A stretch of 64,000 bases of DNA, from the NCBI RefSeq assembly GCF_001194135.2, contig NC_068994.1:21170475-21234474 (forward strand), written 5' to 3'. Of the stretch, positions 51,593 through 64,000 are shown piece by piece. The notes beneath the pieces are model-generated. The model worked only from the letters and a program-made list of their open reading frames with translations, was not told the DNA's origin and did no database searches. Origin of the DNA: Octopus bimaculoides (taxonomy: Eukaryota). Position 1 is the stretch's first letter. Each line of letters opens with the position of its first letter. A program made the position numbers and the translations under genes.

Positions 51593-53590
51593 TCAACTTT
51601 AAAGTCAACTTCCATATCACCTTAAATCAAATAGGCCTATAATTAAATTCCAGCTCTAACTAGCTCGTTTAATCAGACATGTAAATCTACAATATTATCC
51701 AATTTGCTCCTCTTTGAAGATCTAGTGGCAAAATTTTCTTTCAGAGCCCTCTCCTCCTAATTATGTAACTCCAACTCTTGCATAATGGTGTTAACGTTTG
51801 CTTAATTATTTTCAAACGTGTTGAATATTGCATTTTTAAAAATCTTTTATCAGTTATATTCAAAACAAATCAAAATAAATATTTGGAGATTGGAAAAAAA
51901 GAAGAAAAAAATTTCAGCCAAGGGAAATAATTCTAATACACCAATGCGAGGGAAATTTTTCTGGGTTATGTTGAAGAAGCTAATGATTCAAGACCGTTTC
52001 GACCCTCTTTATGAAAAAAAAAAAAAACTAGTTAGGTTAAGGGTGAAAATGTTAACATTTAATAGATGTTAATTAAAATTACACCTATAATGAAAAGAAA
52101 GATCATTAACATGAAGAATTGTCAAGGAAGGCAGGGGAGACAACTCTGAAATGCAAATTAAAGATTTAATGGAAGCTGTTAGTGTTGAGTGAGTCTTCAG
52201 CTTGGTAGCTCATAACATGTTTTTCATACCTTCAAGACAGCATAGTCTTACTCTCATAGATTTTGCATGAAAAACATTTATTGATCTAGCAATTAAAAAT
52301 AGTGACTGACAGATTGAAATATTTTCTATGCATTTCTCTACCAAAGTTTTTTATTTAATTTTTTTAATGTCAACAAAGAGTTTGAAAATTCAGTAATTTC
52401 ACTTATTTGTACCTCATTTACTATTTGAAAGAATTAATTTTCTTCTGTTACCATTGACAAAATTTTAAAAATTTAATTTACCTCATAAAAATATATGTTC
52501 TATAGTATCTCATGAAAGTATGTTTTCATTTTACTTCTTAAAACAAAGACAAAAAATAATCTCCACCTGCTAAAACTCAAGAAATTCGGAAATTAAATGG
52601 CTGTGTAAAGGCTCTCTCATTATTTTTACATTAACATAAACTTGATTGTTCAACTAACTTTGTAATATTTAAAGTTACGCTCTTAAATAAATATTCTTTT
52701 ATGACAAAGTATTATTTACCATGATAAAGTTATTTCTAATATGTTCATCTCTATTTTCTTATACTGTGACAGCTTTAAAGTCACAATCTCTTTTTGAAGT
52801 TTTTCCAATATTAACATTAGCTCTTTGATTATTTGTCTTTGCTCTTAAACTTTGGCAAAAACAAATCTTGTACCTATTTAATTTTCATATTTTATACATT
52901 TTATCAAACTTAAAAATAACAGTACTACAGTATAAACAGGATAATATGATTTCATAGATTGAGATTAAATCTATTTATAAAGTAGTACAGCAGAAATTTT
53001 CTTACTCTAGAGTGATAACATTGTCAAAACATACCCATTCTTCAGAAAAACTTATGAAATCATGCTTCAAGCTAAGGTAGTTTCAACAAGTTTTCCAAAG
53101 TGAAGGAAGAGAAAGGGGACAGTAAAATCTATCTTCAAGATACTTGCAAGTATCTTAAGTCACAATCCAAGTTATTGCACAGTTTTTAACATGAAAAGCC
53201 ACTGAATAATTAAACAAACATATACCTCAATAATTATTCTCAGAAAAAGATAAATATACTTCTGAAAAGTGAATATTTTCATATAAACTGAAGTCTTCGT
53301 AAAATAAACCATACAAAGAATCCACTATTAACTATTATTGATAATCTTATAATCTTTTTTTTTCACTAGTTCCAAGAACTGTATTCAAATTATTGCATTT
53401 GATTGGATCAGTTCCATTTTTTTTTATAAGAACCTTTTAGTGAATATAAATTGTCAGTGGATAATTCTGGTAATAGTAGTAGTAATGATAGTAAAGGTTG
53501 ATAACAGTTGTATTAGTTACAGTAGTTGTAGTAATAGCACTGTGTTAGTAATTCATATATCATTAACTACATTATTCATCTATGTTACAG

Positions 53591-53769
53591 AGGAAGTGGT
53601 ACCCATGGAACCCAAAAAACTCCAGAATTTTTGGCCAACGAGTTCAAAGCACTGTAGCTTCCCGGATTGAATCAAGCATGCCACTCAATGGACAGAAGAT
53701 TGTTGGCAAATGGCTCTTTGGCTGTGCTGGAATGGTTTTTGGGGCCGTCATATTGGGTGGTGTAACACG
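53591..53769 (+). CDS. COX15: COX15 exon 2
   Basis: TTACAG acceptor; ...QKIVGKWLFGCAGMVFGAVILGGVTR; CG|GTGAGC donor, phase 2. Confidence 0.93.
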
Positions 53770-54329
53770 GTGAGCATGTTGGTTATTGGCAGGTGGTAGG
53801 AATATTCCAACTTTAATGTTCTGCATGGTTGCTTTTTGGGAAATTCACTCAAAATTAAGAATTGAAGTTTCTCCTGTGTTTTGTACCCATCTGTCTCTTC
53901 TCTTTCTATATCACCACTGCCAATTATTCCCCTCCATTGTCCAGAGTTATTTGTTATTCACTTCTATAACCACCATTTCCCCAACTGAAGACTAAGCATA
54001 CAAGTATTATTTAAGTATTAAATCTTTTTAAGATTCTAAAGTTAATTACTACAAACTAAAATAACAGTTAATATCTACATGCTAAAATTATGAATTAAAT
54101 CTTTTAGTTATTAACTAGAACTTTAAAGTTACGACTAAAACACTCAAGTTGAAGGCAAACTTTGTTAAAATGATTAATTAAATGCTGAAAACATTTACAA
54201 AATGCTAAAATTAAAAACTTTCTGTTAAATGCTTTAAACACCAAAGTCGAGTGTATTTTATCCTTCCAGGGCATTTGAATGAATTCAACCATTGAAAGTT
54301 GCTTGTCTAATTACCTATTGACTTTTTTA

Positions 54330-54572
54330 ATCTTTCATCTTTCACTTGTTTCAGTCATTTGAATGCGGCCATGCTGGAGCACAGCCATGAAAGGTTTTAG
54401 TTGAACAAATCGACCCCAGGACTTATTTTTTTAAGCCTAGTACTTATTCTGTCAGTCTCTTTTGCTGAGCCACTAAGTTACAGGGACATAAACGCACTAA
54501 CACTGGTTGTCAAATGGTCGTGGGACCCAGACACAGACACACACATATACATATATATGTACGTACATACAT

Positions 54573-54631
<59 letters not shown>

Positions 54632-55150
54632 TGTATGTATGTATTTTCACTTTGAGGATATTTAAACCTCTTATAGGGATAGTTTTATAGTTTTATCTAA
54701 GATATCGTGGTTTAATATATTATATTTTGAAGAGATATTTCTGCAATAGATATATTATAAAACATCAAATATTGTTAATAAGTTTGAAAAGGTAGAGAGT
54801 CAATGGATATAAATAAATTAATTAACATTGCCTCCAATTGTTTCACTTTACACCCAATTTAAATTACAAAGCATATAGAATAAGTATCCTGGGTGGAAGA
54901 TCTTCAGGGCAAAATTGTAGGCAATATTAATTAATTAATAAATTAATTTATATCCATTGAATCTCTTCATTTACAAACTTATTAATTATATATATAAAAT
55001 TAATGACAGGTTTCCTTCAGTTTCTCTCTACCAAATCCACTCACAAGGCTTTGATTGGCCTGAGGCTATAGTAGAAAACACCTGTCCAAGGTGCCATGCA
55101 GTGACACTGAACCTGGAACCATGTGGTTGTAAGCAAGCTTCTTAACACAC
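54330..55150 (-). mobile_element. SINE family A split by microsatellite and AT-rich insert
   Basis: 3' half 54330-54545, (CA)/(TA)/(TATG)n 54540-54642, 5' half 55005-55150. Confidence 0.7.
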
Positions 55151-57039
55151 ACCTACACCTAGATTTCCATACAAAGTTTTTATACAAAGACATCTCTGGT
55201 ATTTGACCCTTTTAAGTCAATTACTATCAATCTATCATACTGCCACGTTTGTGCTTTAGAGACGAAGCAGCTAACCCCTTTCATTGTCATCATATGTCCA
55301 TGTTCTATAGAGGCATTGATTGGATAGTTTGACAGAATAAGTCCACATCATAATTCAATGTCTGCTTTGGCAGGATTTTTATGACTGGATGCTCTTCCTA
55401 ATGCCAACCACTTTACAGCATTTATTTAGTTCTTTTTTCATGTCACCAGCACTGGTAAGGTTACTATGTAGCCTGCAAGACAGATTTCCATCAACTTAGT
55501 GACGCTATTGTTGAAAGGGAGGTAGCTTTATGCTTGGAGATGAAGTGTTAAACTGTGAGAGACAGGACCTGAACAGATTTCTTGCTGTAGAGCAGCTACA
55601 TGGCTATCACTTTATAGTATAGAAGAGAGGATGAGAGTGGCTGGGGTGAAGCTGGAATGAGATAAAATTGTAGTGATGAGATGTTGAGCTGTAAACTCAA
55701 GATAGGAGGTGAGTAGAAGTAGAAGTGTGTGTCGAGGTTACAAGAGTATGGGAGAGTGAGAGGTGGTTAGAGACAGGGAATGGGTGAGAGGATGGATATA
55801 ATAAATAAGTATTGAAGGGTGGTAAGTTGAGATGAGGAAGAATATGTGTCAACTGTAAAAATTGGGTAGGGTTGATGGGTAATCACTGATACATATGAGT
55901 TGGTGTAAATAGGGAAAAGGAAATGACTGAAATTCAGGTACTTTTTATAGAATTTTAAATAACATTCTTGTCCTTCAACATAGGCATCAGTAGGCTTCTA
56001 TTAACTGTAATATCTTTTTGTGTGTATGTTTTGGTGACAAAATTTCCTTTGCCTATGAAGATAGTTTTCAATATGAGTGGGAAATTAAAGTGGCAAACTG
56101 GCAGAATCATTACCGTGCTGGATAAAATGCTTAATGGCATTTCTTCCAACTTTATGTTCTGAGTTCAAATTTCATACTTTTGGGATTTATAAAATTAGTA
56201 CCAGTTCAGTGCTGGGGTCAATGTAATTGAGTTACCCACTCCCCTGAAATTGCTGCCTTGTGCTAAAATTTGAAGCCAATATAAATGGGAAATCCATTTT
56301 ATAAAATATTCCTTGACTGAGCAGCTTGCTGTGTTAGCATCGATTTATTTTTGTGATTTTAATTGTAGTTGGCCAAAAATTTAAGGGAAGAAAAGTGAAT
56401 ATAACCAGACCAAAGACCAGAAATTGGAAGGAAATAATCTTATTTCAAATTAGAAAGCAGTTTCCATGAGCCTTTACAAGGCAGCCAAGACTGGTGGGAG
56501 GGAAAGAGGAAGATATCTTTAAACAGGAGATTGGTTAGAATGTTTGTCACAGAGTGACCTTTGCTGAAGGTACAGATTATGTCTATCGTCTAAATAGACT
56601 GTGGTGAGATTTGAATTCAGAATGCAAAGAACTGGACCCATAAGGCATCCAGTTTAATATTCTTATGGTTTGGCTAATCCACTTCTTTGGGTTAGTACTT
56701 TTTATCAACCCCACAAAAAGATGAAAGGCGAAGTTGACCTTAGCTGCTTTGAAAGCAAAGTGCATAGTTTCAGAACAGATAAGTCCTCTAACAATTCTTT
56801 TAATTTGCTTCCTGTTAACAAAGTTGTGTCTGGGGTGAGAAACAAATATGTAATGCACAATTAACACAATCCTATCTAATTAGCATTGGAAAAAATGTGT
56901 GTAAAGGTGAAATAAGTCTTATAGTTTCCTGAGCATTGGGATTTGGAACATTTAATATTGTAGAGAGTTATTTCACTATTCTCACAGCAGATTGAGTTAG
57001 TTATTTAAAAACTATATTATTATTAAATATGTTGTCCTA

Positions 57040-57235
57040 TGGCAAGGAGCTGGTAGAAGCATTAGCACACCAGACAAAATGCTTTAAGTTCAAAGTTCAA
57101 ATTCCACTGACCTCAGCTTTGTCTTTTATCCTTTCAGGATTGATAAAATGAATACCAGTCATATACTGGAGTTACTTTAATGGACTAGCCCTCTCTTCCA
57201 AGATTTTAGGCCTTGTGCCTGTAGTAGAAAGAATT
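57040..57235 (+). mobile_element. SINE family B
   Basis: GAGCTGGTAGAAGCATTAGCAC...GTTCAAATTCC...TTTTATCCTTTCAGGATTGATAAAA; also seen at 22790-22975, 56090-56285 and 58250-58555. Confidence 0.7.
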
Positions 57236-57553
57236 ATTAAATATGTTATCCTAATGATTTGGATTTGGTACATGTGATGTCAACCCTTTAGACAGTAAGG
57301 GCTTATTAAGTTTAGGCTGCTATAATACCATGTTCTTAGCTTTAAATGTATAATACTTTTATGGTCTCCTCATTAAGATACATAATATGTAGTTTAAAAC
57401 AGATAAAGATTTAGTCGAGGGAAGTTATAACAACATTAAGCAGTCATGCCATTCTGTGGGGTTTTTTTGACATAGTGAAGATTTTACTTGACATATTTCA
57501 AAACAATTGCCACTTGTCTGTTTTGTTTTAAACTATACTATTAACGGTTTCAG

Positions 57554-57676
57554 TTTGACAGAGTCAGGTTTGTCAATGGTTGATTGGAAACTGTTGAAAG
57601 ACATGAAACCACCTAGCAACCAAGAAGAATGGATTGCAGAGTTTGAGCGCTATAAGACCTTTCCTGAATACAAACA
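57554..57676 (+). CDS. COX15: COX15 exon 3
   Basis: TTTCAG acceptor; [40 protein letters not shown]; CA|GTAAGT donor, phase 2-2. Confidence 0.95.
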
Positions 57677-57764
57677 GTAAGTATTTGCTTAAAATTGCTT
57701 TCAAGTTTTGGCACAACGCTAGCAATTTTGAGGGAAGAGTAAGTTGATCACATCGATGCCAGTT

Positions 57765-57910
57765 CTCAACTGGTACTTATTTTATCGATCCCTAAAGCAT
57801 AAAAGGCAAAGTCGACCTTGACAGAATTTGAACTGAGAACGTACACATGGACGAAATGCTGCCAAGAATTTTGCCCAGTGTGCTAACAATTTTACCAACT
57901 TACAGCCTTA
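57765..57910 (-). mobile_element. SINE family B, inverted relative to 57040-57235
   Basis: Reverse complement of the family B head; similar copy at 3230-3362. Confidence 0.7.
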
Positions 57911-58555
57911 AATACTTGCTTAATACTATTATGACAGCTATACCTATATTTATTCTTTACATTAAATTTAAATTACAATGAACGTAAACAAACAAATGAA
58001 GTTTGCTTTTTAGATGTCTTAGAAAGTTACAGAAGTGATTTTAAATTCTCAAACGCAGGATAATGCTAATAATATAGCCTGAACAGGATAAACTACCCAG
58101 GACATAACTCCCATCATTAATGTAATTTAATTATACATTTTTTGTTCATTTTTGCCATACACACACACACATTATATCTACAAAATATCTGTTTTGTTAG
58201 GGAAGAACAAATTTTCACTCCTAGATATTTTCTGTATTATTATCCATTCTGAATAAGCTGACAAAGTCATTAGCATGACAGGCAAAATGCTTAGTGGCAT
58301 TTTGTCCATTGTTATGTTCTGCATTCAAATTTTACCAATGTCAACTTTACCTTTCATCCTTTTGGAATCTATAAAATAAGTATCAGTCAAGAGCTGGGAT
58401 TGATGTAATTGACTAGCCCCCTCCCACGAACTTGCTGGCTGTGGACCTAAATTTGAAACCAAAATGTTTTGTGGCATTTTGTCTGGCTTTTCATTCTGAG
58501 TTCAAATTCTGCTGAGATTGACTTTGTTTTTCATACTTTTGGAATCAATAAAATA

Positions 58556-59322
58556 CGAGGGTGGGCAGAAAAGTTCATTGGCTGACTATGGAATGATGCT
58601 AGAGCTATGAAATTTTGCTTGCATTAATTTCAATTCTTCTTAATTATAACTACATTGTTTCTTTCCAGTTAAACTCACACCTGTCTGTTCAAAGAAAATT
58701 TCAAATGTAATTAATAACAACTTCTCTTGAAAATGGACAAAATTTGGTGTTGTGGAGTTATCAAGTACCTGCAGAAAAAAGGATTTAGTCCCTAAGGACA
58801 TTCATATTGACATACTAGCTACATTAGGGGATGACTTTTCAGTTTTATCAACAGGGCAAAAGTGGGCAACTGAATATAGAGAGTCTTGAAGAATATTGTG
58901 TTCATCATATGGTGATGGATGACAAGCAATTGATTATAAATCAAATAGCCAATCCTATTAGCATATCTAATGAGAGAGTTGAGAATATTCTGCATAATGG
59001 TTAACTTGGCAAGACAAAGGTTCCTGCTCAGTGGGTACCATGTCTTCTGACACCTAATCAAAAGTGCCCCAGGCCGATCACATCACAGGAACATCTGACA
59101 TTTTTTCAGGTAGATCTAGCTGGTTTCTTTGAACATTTTCTAAGCCAGGATGAATATTGGCTTCAAAAGCAAAAAGACAATCCATGCAGTGGTAACACCT
59201 CTAGTCACCTGCTTCAAATAAGGTCCAAATCATTTCATCTGCAGGGAAGGCGATGGCTTCAGTTTTTTTAGGATGCAAAAGGCATTGTGTTTATTGGCTT
59301 ATCTTCAAAAGGGCCACATCAT
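58556..59322 (+). mobile_element. 3'-truncated, frameshifted mariner transposon
   Basis: TA|CGAGGGTGGGCAGAAAAGTT left TIR; decayed transposase from ATG 58733 (MDKI..VIKYLQKKG, ERVENILHN, KV-x-AQWVP-x-LLTPNQK, SAGKAMASVF-x-DAKGIVFI-x-YLQKGH). Confidence 0.85.
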
Positions 59323-59508
59323 CATTATTTTCTTTTATTTCTTGTCTTTTTCTCCTGTTTATTCTGATATTCAGCATTCTATCACCATCTACCCTTTTCA
59401 GGTTTTATTTCCATCCATTTTATATATCATCAATACTGGCCATTGCTAACCTATCAATTTTGGTTGTTATTTTCATTTATCTAACATTATATTAGTCTTT
59501 CTCTATAG

Positions 59509-59701
59509 TGTCAGCAACCAGAGAGAAATGACACTAACCGATTTCAAATTCATCTACTATATGGAGTATGCACATCGTATGTGGGGTCGTTTGACAGGCA
59601 TGGTCTTCTTATTACCTGCTGCTTATTTCTGGAGGAAAGGTTGGCTGGCTGCTGGCATGAAACCTCATGTTTTGTTATTGTCTGGTCTCCTGGGTTTCCA
59701 G
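59509..59701 (+). CDS. COX15: COX15 exon 4
   Basis: CTATAG acceptor; [30 protein letters not shown]...GLLGFQ containing the conserved EY-x-HR-x-WGR heme-ligand motif; GTGAGT donor. Confidence 0.95.
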
Positions 59702-60579
59702 GTGAGTTCTTGTTTTTTTACTGAGGTTAATTATCATTTTTACCTTATTGGTAAACACTTTTGCTAACTAAAAATGTTCATACAATGTTCCATGGTTGTT
59801 TCTTCTCTGACAGATTCAGCTCTTTAAATGTGTTTGTAGCAATCCAATTTTTATTCAAACCTATTTCCAAACACATATAGAATTTCTCTTTAGATCTTCC
59901 ACGAAACATTGCAGCCCTTCATTCAGATAGCTACCTTGCTCTCTATGTTGTTCGCTGTAACTTCCCATTGTCTAAGCTCCACATTAAAAAATATAATCAA
60001 CTACAGGTGCAGGCTTGACTGTGTGGTTAAGAAGTTTGCTTTGTTACCATATGATTCTGGGTTTGACTGGTCTACCATCTTGAGCTTATCTTCCATTATA
60101 GCCCTTGAACATTGCCTTTTGAGTAGAATCTACTGACAGAAACTCTTAGAAGCCCATTGTGTGTGTGTGATTTCAAATATAAATTATACACTATACATTC
60201 ACATTTTCAATAGTGTTTAAAAATATAGCCTATTATCATTTAAACATAACAGCATTTGTATAAATAATAATAGTTGTATTCATCTTTTGATATTCCAACA
60301 TGGACTAAGAGCAGAACCAACTTGGCAGTAAAGCAGGCTAAGATGAATATAGTTTGTGATTATTCAAGATTCATAATGAAATAGCTTTTTTTAAATTTTA
60401 CAATTAAAAGTATAAACTGCAGTGATTTAATTCCTGATAAAAATCCAGCAAAACATCTCTGATAAACACTGTATTTATACGCACATATACATAGATATGT
60501 TCACACGCACACTCACTCACTCATTCGCTCTCACTCTCTCTCTCTCTTTTGATATTCCATGTCTCTCTTTTCTCTATTT

Positions 60580-60805
60580 CATTTTTACTTGTTTCAGTCA
60601 TTTGACTGCAGTCATGCTGGAGTATGGCCTTAAAGGTACTTTTAGTAAAAGAAATTCACCCCAGGACTTTTCTTTGTAAGCTCAGTACTCATTTTATCAG
60701 TTCTTTTGCTGAACTGCTAAGTTATGGGGATGTAAACACACCAACATTGGTTGTCAAGTGATGGGGGGGGAGAAGCGAAGACACGCACACATGCACACAC
60801 ACACA
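60580..60805 (-). mobile_element. SINE family A 3' half
   Basis: TTTTACTTGTTTCAGTCATTTGACTGCAGTCATGCTGGAG. Confidence 0.7.
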
Positions 60806-61059
60806 CACACACTAGCAGGGTTAAAGAGACTAATGAAATTTAAAAACACTGTCTCAACTGCTAATTATACAGGTCTCAACTGCTAGTAGCTGAGATACCA
60901 ACTTTCTACGTAACTCTGCAACCCATGCCAACATGGAACATAAACATTAAGTGAAATGTGAAAAGAAAGTTTTCAACTCATCTATGTATATAAAGTAAAT
61001 ATATGTAATTCAAAAACACTATTTGTGTAGCTTATTTTGTAACCAAAACACAGGTACAG

Positions 61060-61699
61060 ATTATAAACAATGAAAGGCCAATTTTGGTGATTCATTTGAC
61101 AGAGGTAGTAGAGAGCCAATCCGATGATAAATCTGACCTTGGATCTTGAAAGTTTGCATGAATCCTGGCTCAATTAAATCTCTTGTGGCTCCAAATGATG
61201 TCATCTGTAGTGCAGTGTTGTATTGCCTAATTTTGTTTTGGAAGTGCTTGGAATCTTGGTCAGTTGATGACAACAGTTTCTTCAATGGCTCTGGAGGTTG
61301 GGGGATTGCAGGGAGTTTAACCTTTCCGCCACTGCAGCACAGTGCAGGTGTCTCTCCAAACCACTTCCTTGCTTTACAATGTATGTACTCGGTTGTCATT
61401 GCACTAATGGAAACTCTAGTGTTATCTGCATAATGAACTGCTAGATCATAATTGAAATCTGCTTCATAGAAGTTGCTTCTCTGAGCTGTTGCAACTGCTC
61501 TTCATTTTGCGGTAGAGATCCTATTCCTTGTCAGCCATGCATACCTCTGTTCATCACTTCGAGATGCTCTGGTTTTTGCAGTGCACAGTCTGTTTGTTTC
61601 TTGGTATGCTTCCTTTTCTGCAGCTGTCTCCCTTTCCCTGGACATTCTTTTGGCTTACCTTGATATTGTAGACAAATTTGACACTTTCCTTCTAGGCAT
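61060..61699 (-). mobile_element. Helitron Rep/helicase 5' fragment (pseudogenised)
   Basis: HCKARKWFGETPALCCSGGKVKLP...RQYNTALQMTSFG...FKIQGQIYHRIGSLLP is the typical animal Helitron N-terminal region. Upstream charged helical segment with a stop, ATG at 61699. Confidence 0.85.
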
Positions 61700-62465
61700 G
61701 GTTATATACATATACAGAAATACACAGGTGCAGAAGATAGTAAACAATGAAAATAACTGGGTAATGGAAATTATATTTCTTAATACAACGGGCAGAAAGT
61801 AAATAAGAAATTTTCATGGAAAATAGAGGATTGTATGGGTTGAAGCGAAATTTGTCACTTAGCGAACCAAAGAGCCAGTATCGAAGGAACCAGGAAAAAG
61901 AAGTTAACAACAGAAAAAGACAAAACCATTGCAAAAGTAAATAAGAAAATTTTGGGGAAAATTAACTAAGTGTACAGATTTAAGTAAAATTTTTGAAATT
62001 ACTCCTGTCAGTAAGTTATAAGCTTACTTTTATGAGTAATTCCATCAACAACAAAAAAAAACCCCACAAAACATTGCAAAAGTAAATAAGAAATTTGTAG
62101 GCAATTTTAACGAACACACACACAAAAAACAGGATTTATATTTTAGATATATATATATATGATGGGCTTCTTTCAGTTTCTGCCTACCAAATCTACTCAC
62201 AAGGTTTTGGTTGGTCCAAGGCTGTAGTAGAAGACACTTGCCCAAGGTTCCACAAAGTGGGACTGAACCCAAAACCATATAGTTGAGAAGTAAACTTCTT
62301 ACCACACAGTCTTGCACACTTAATCCTTTCTGTTTCACATAATTGATCTCTTTCTACTCTGCATTCTCAAGTGATTCTTTTCTTTCGTGTGTTTTAGAGA
62401 ATTTTATCTTGACTGTTTAACTGCCTTTTTTCATTAAGATATTTGATGCTTTTTCTTCTTTCCAG

Positions 62466-62624
62466 GGTTTCCTTGGTTGGTTCATGGTTAAGAGCGGCTT
62501 GGAAGAAGATATTGACATCCCTCGGGTCAGTCAGTACCGCCTTGCTGCACATCTAAGTTCAGCTTTTCTCCTTTATGTCATGTTCCTCTGGTCAGGTCTG
62601 TCCCACGTCAACAGCCAACAAATG
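62466..62624 (+). CDS. COX15: COX15 exon 5 (gene continues beyond the window)
   Basis: TTCCAG acceptor; [53 protein letters not shown]; GTATGT donor. GW-x-MVKSGL and [12 protein letters not shown] are conserved motifs. Confidence 0.95.
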
Positions 62625-63671
62625 GTATGTATAAAGTGAATGGTTTAATGCTCTTGAAAAATTTTCTTAATTTCCCTCTACAATTGTTATCTTGCATCAT
62701 TGACTCAGAGAATATTTATAGTCAGCATACATCACCAGTTTGGTAGTTCCTAATTTTACCAAAAACTTTCACTCCTTTACTATTCACATATAGGTGTCAT
62801 CCACAAGGAACTTGGAATACCCATATCTAACTTCCACTGCTTCCATGAACAGATAACTCAGAATCCTCTGTTGAAGACATATCAATCTCATTGTTGAGGA
62901 CATAGCAATATTTCAATACCACAAAATATAATAACTATACACAAACATAAAATAGCTTTTCATAAAATACCCTTTACTTATGGATAACACAATTAAAGTC
63001 CTCCACATTACCACAAATGTTAAACCTCAAAATCACTGATAGGCTTTCATGGGTGACTTCACATACATAATTTGTCAAAACTAGAATTCCTCTTTAAAAT
63101 CAGAAAATACTGTCACTTGTTTGATTTTCTACCAAACTCAAATGCAATTCACATATTTGGGAGCCTCTGTTAATATATGTAATTATCCTTGGATACATTT
63201 AAAAAAAGAGGTCATCCAGTTGATTGGCAAAAACTCACCAGCACTATCCTACCAGTGACTCAAGAGTACATTATTTTTCTCTCTATCTCTTCTACTATTA
63301 TAAAAGCTCCTCAAAGCTACACGTCCACCCAAGCTCATTTGTATCGCCTTTCACTGACAAACTCTGCATTAAACGTTTTGTTTGTTCATCCACCAAGGAC
63401 CTACAACTCACTTCTAATATACAGAAGTTCATGCTGAACATCAATTGCATTAAACACACCAGTTTGGAAGGGCTTGCAAAGAACTGCTTCTTTCCTGACA
63501 AAATAATGGGATATGCTATATGATAGTAATTATTAATAATAAAACAATTATAATCAATTCATATACAGTACAATAGTAAAACATTACAAGGACAGTAATA
63601 TTGAAATATAAACAGATGTCTAGACACAGATACATGTGTGTGTGTGTATATGTCTAAGAGAAAGAAATTGT

Positions 63672-64000
63672 GCATGTGTTGTTGTTGGCACTCCATCGCT
63701 TACAACGTGAAGGGTTCCAGTTGATCCAATCAACGGAACAGCCTGCTCGTGAAATTAACGTGCAAGTGGTTGAGCACTCCACAGACACGTGTACCCTTAA
63801 CGTAGTTCTCGGGGATATTCAGCGTGACACAGAGTGTGACAAGGCTGACCCTTTGAATTACAGGTACAACAGAAACAGGAAGTAAGAGTGAGAGAAAATT
63901 GTGGTGAAAGAGTACAACAGGGTTCACCACCATCCCCTGCTGGAGCCTTGTGGAGCTTTAGGTGTTTTCACTCAATAAACACTCACAACACCCGGTCTGG
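63672..64000 (-). repeat. SINE-like dispersed repeat with a short (CAA)n tail
   Basis: CpG-containing block starting GTTGTTGTTGGCACTCCATCGCTTAC; runs off the window end. Family not identifiable here. Confidence 0.5.

Noticed and set aside
62790-63520. Possible non-LTR RT remnant (VEDIAIF, FTYLG)
   Set aside because: Motifs are too short and scattered to call without a profile search.

Overview
AT-rich, repeat-dense eukaryotic genomic DNA with scaffold N-gaps. The repeat repertoire (tRNA-derived SINEs, RTE LINEs with (GAT)n tails) suggests an octopus or other coleoid cephalopod; this is inference. Three spliced genes are supported. (1) The last coding exon of a mitochondrial ABCB10-like half transporter (+, 513-759). 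(2) A complete three-coding-exon TMEM230 (-, 35598 to 7728, 114 aa). (3) The first five coding exons of COX15 heme A synthase (+, 45617 to beyond the window), head-to-head with TMEM230. Introns and flanks hold SINEs, decayed RTE/CR1 LINEs, a Gypsy pol remnant, a truncated mariner, a Helitron fragment and several MITEs. The most unusual items are a 1.14-kb element with 90-bp terminal inverted repeats carrying a decayed PHD-finger plus OTU-like protease gene (40082-41220), and a 152-bp Merlin-like MITE with a telomere-repeat core nested in a 1.2-kb foldback element (46871-48062). Also notable are a ~540-bp near-perfect hairpin element (19017-19553) and short exons bracketed by paired repeats. 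Repeat boundaries were read by eye and are approximate unless TSDs or splice sites are given.
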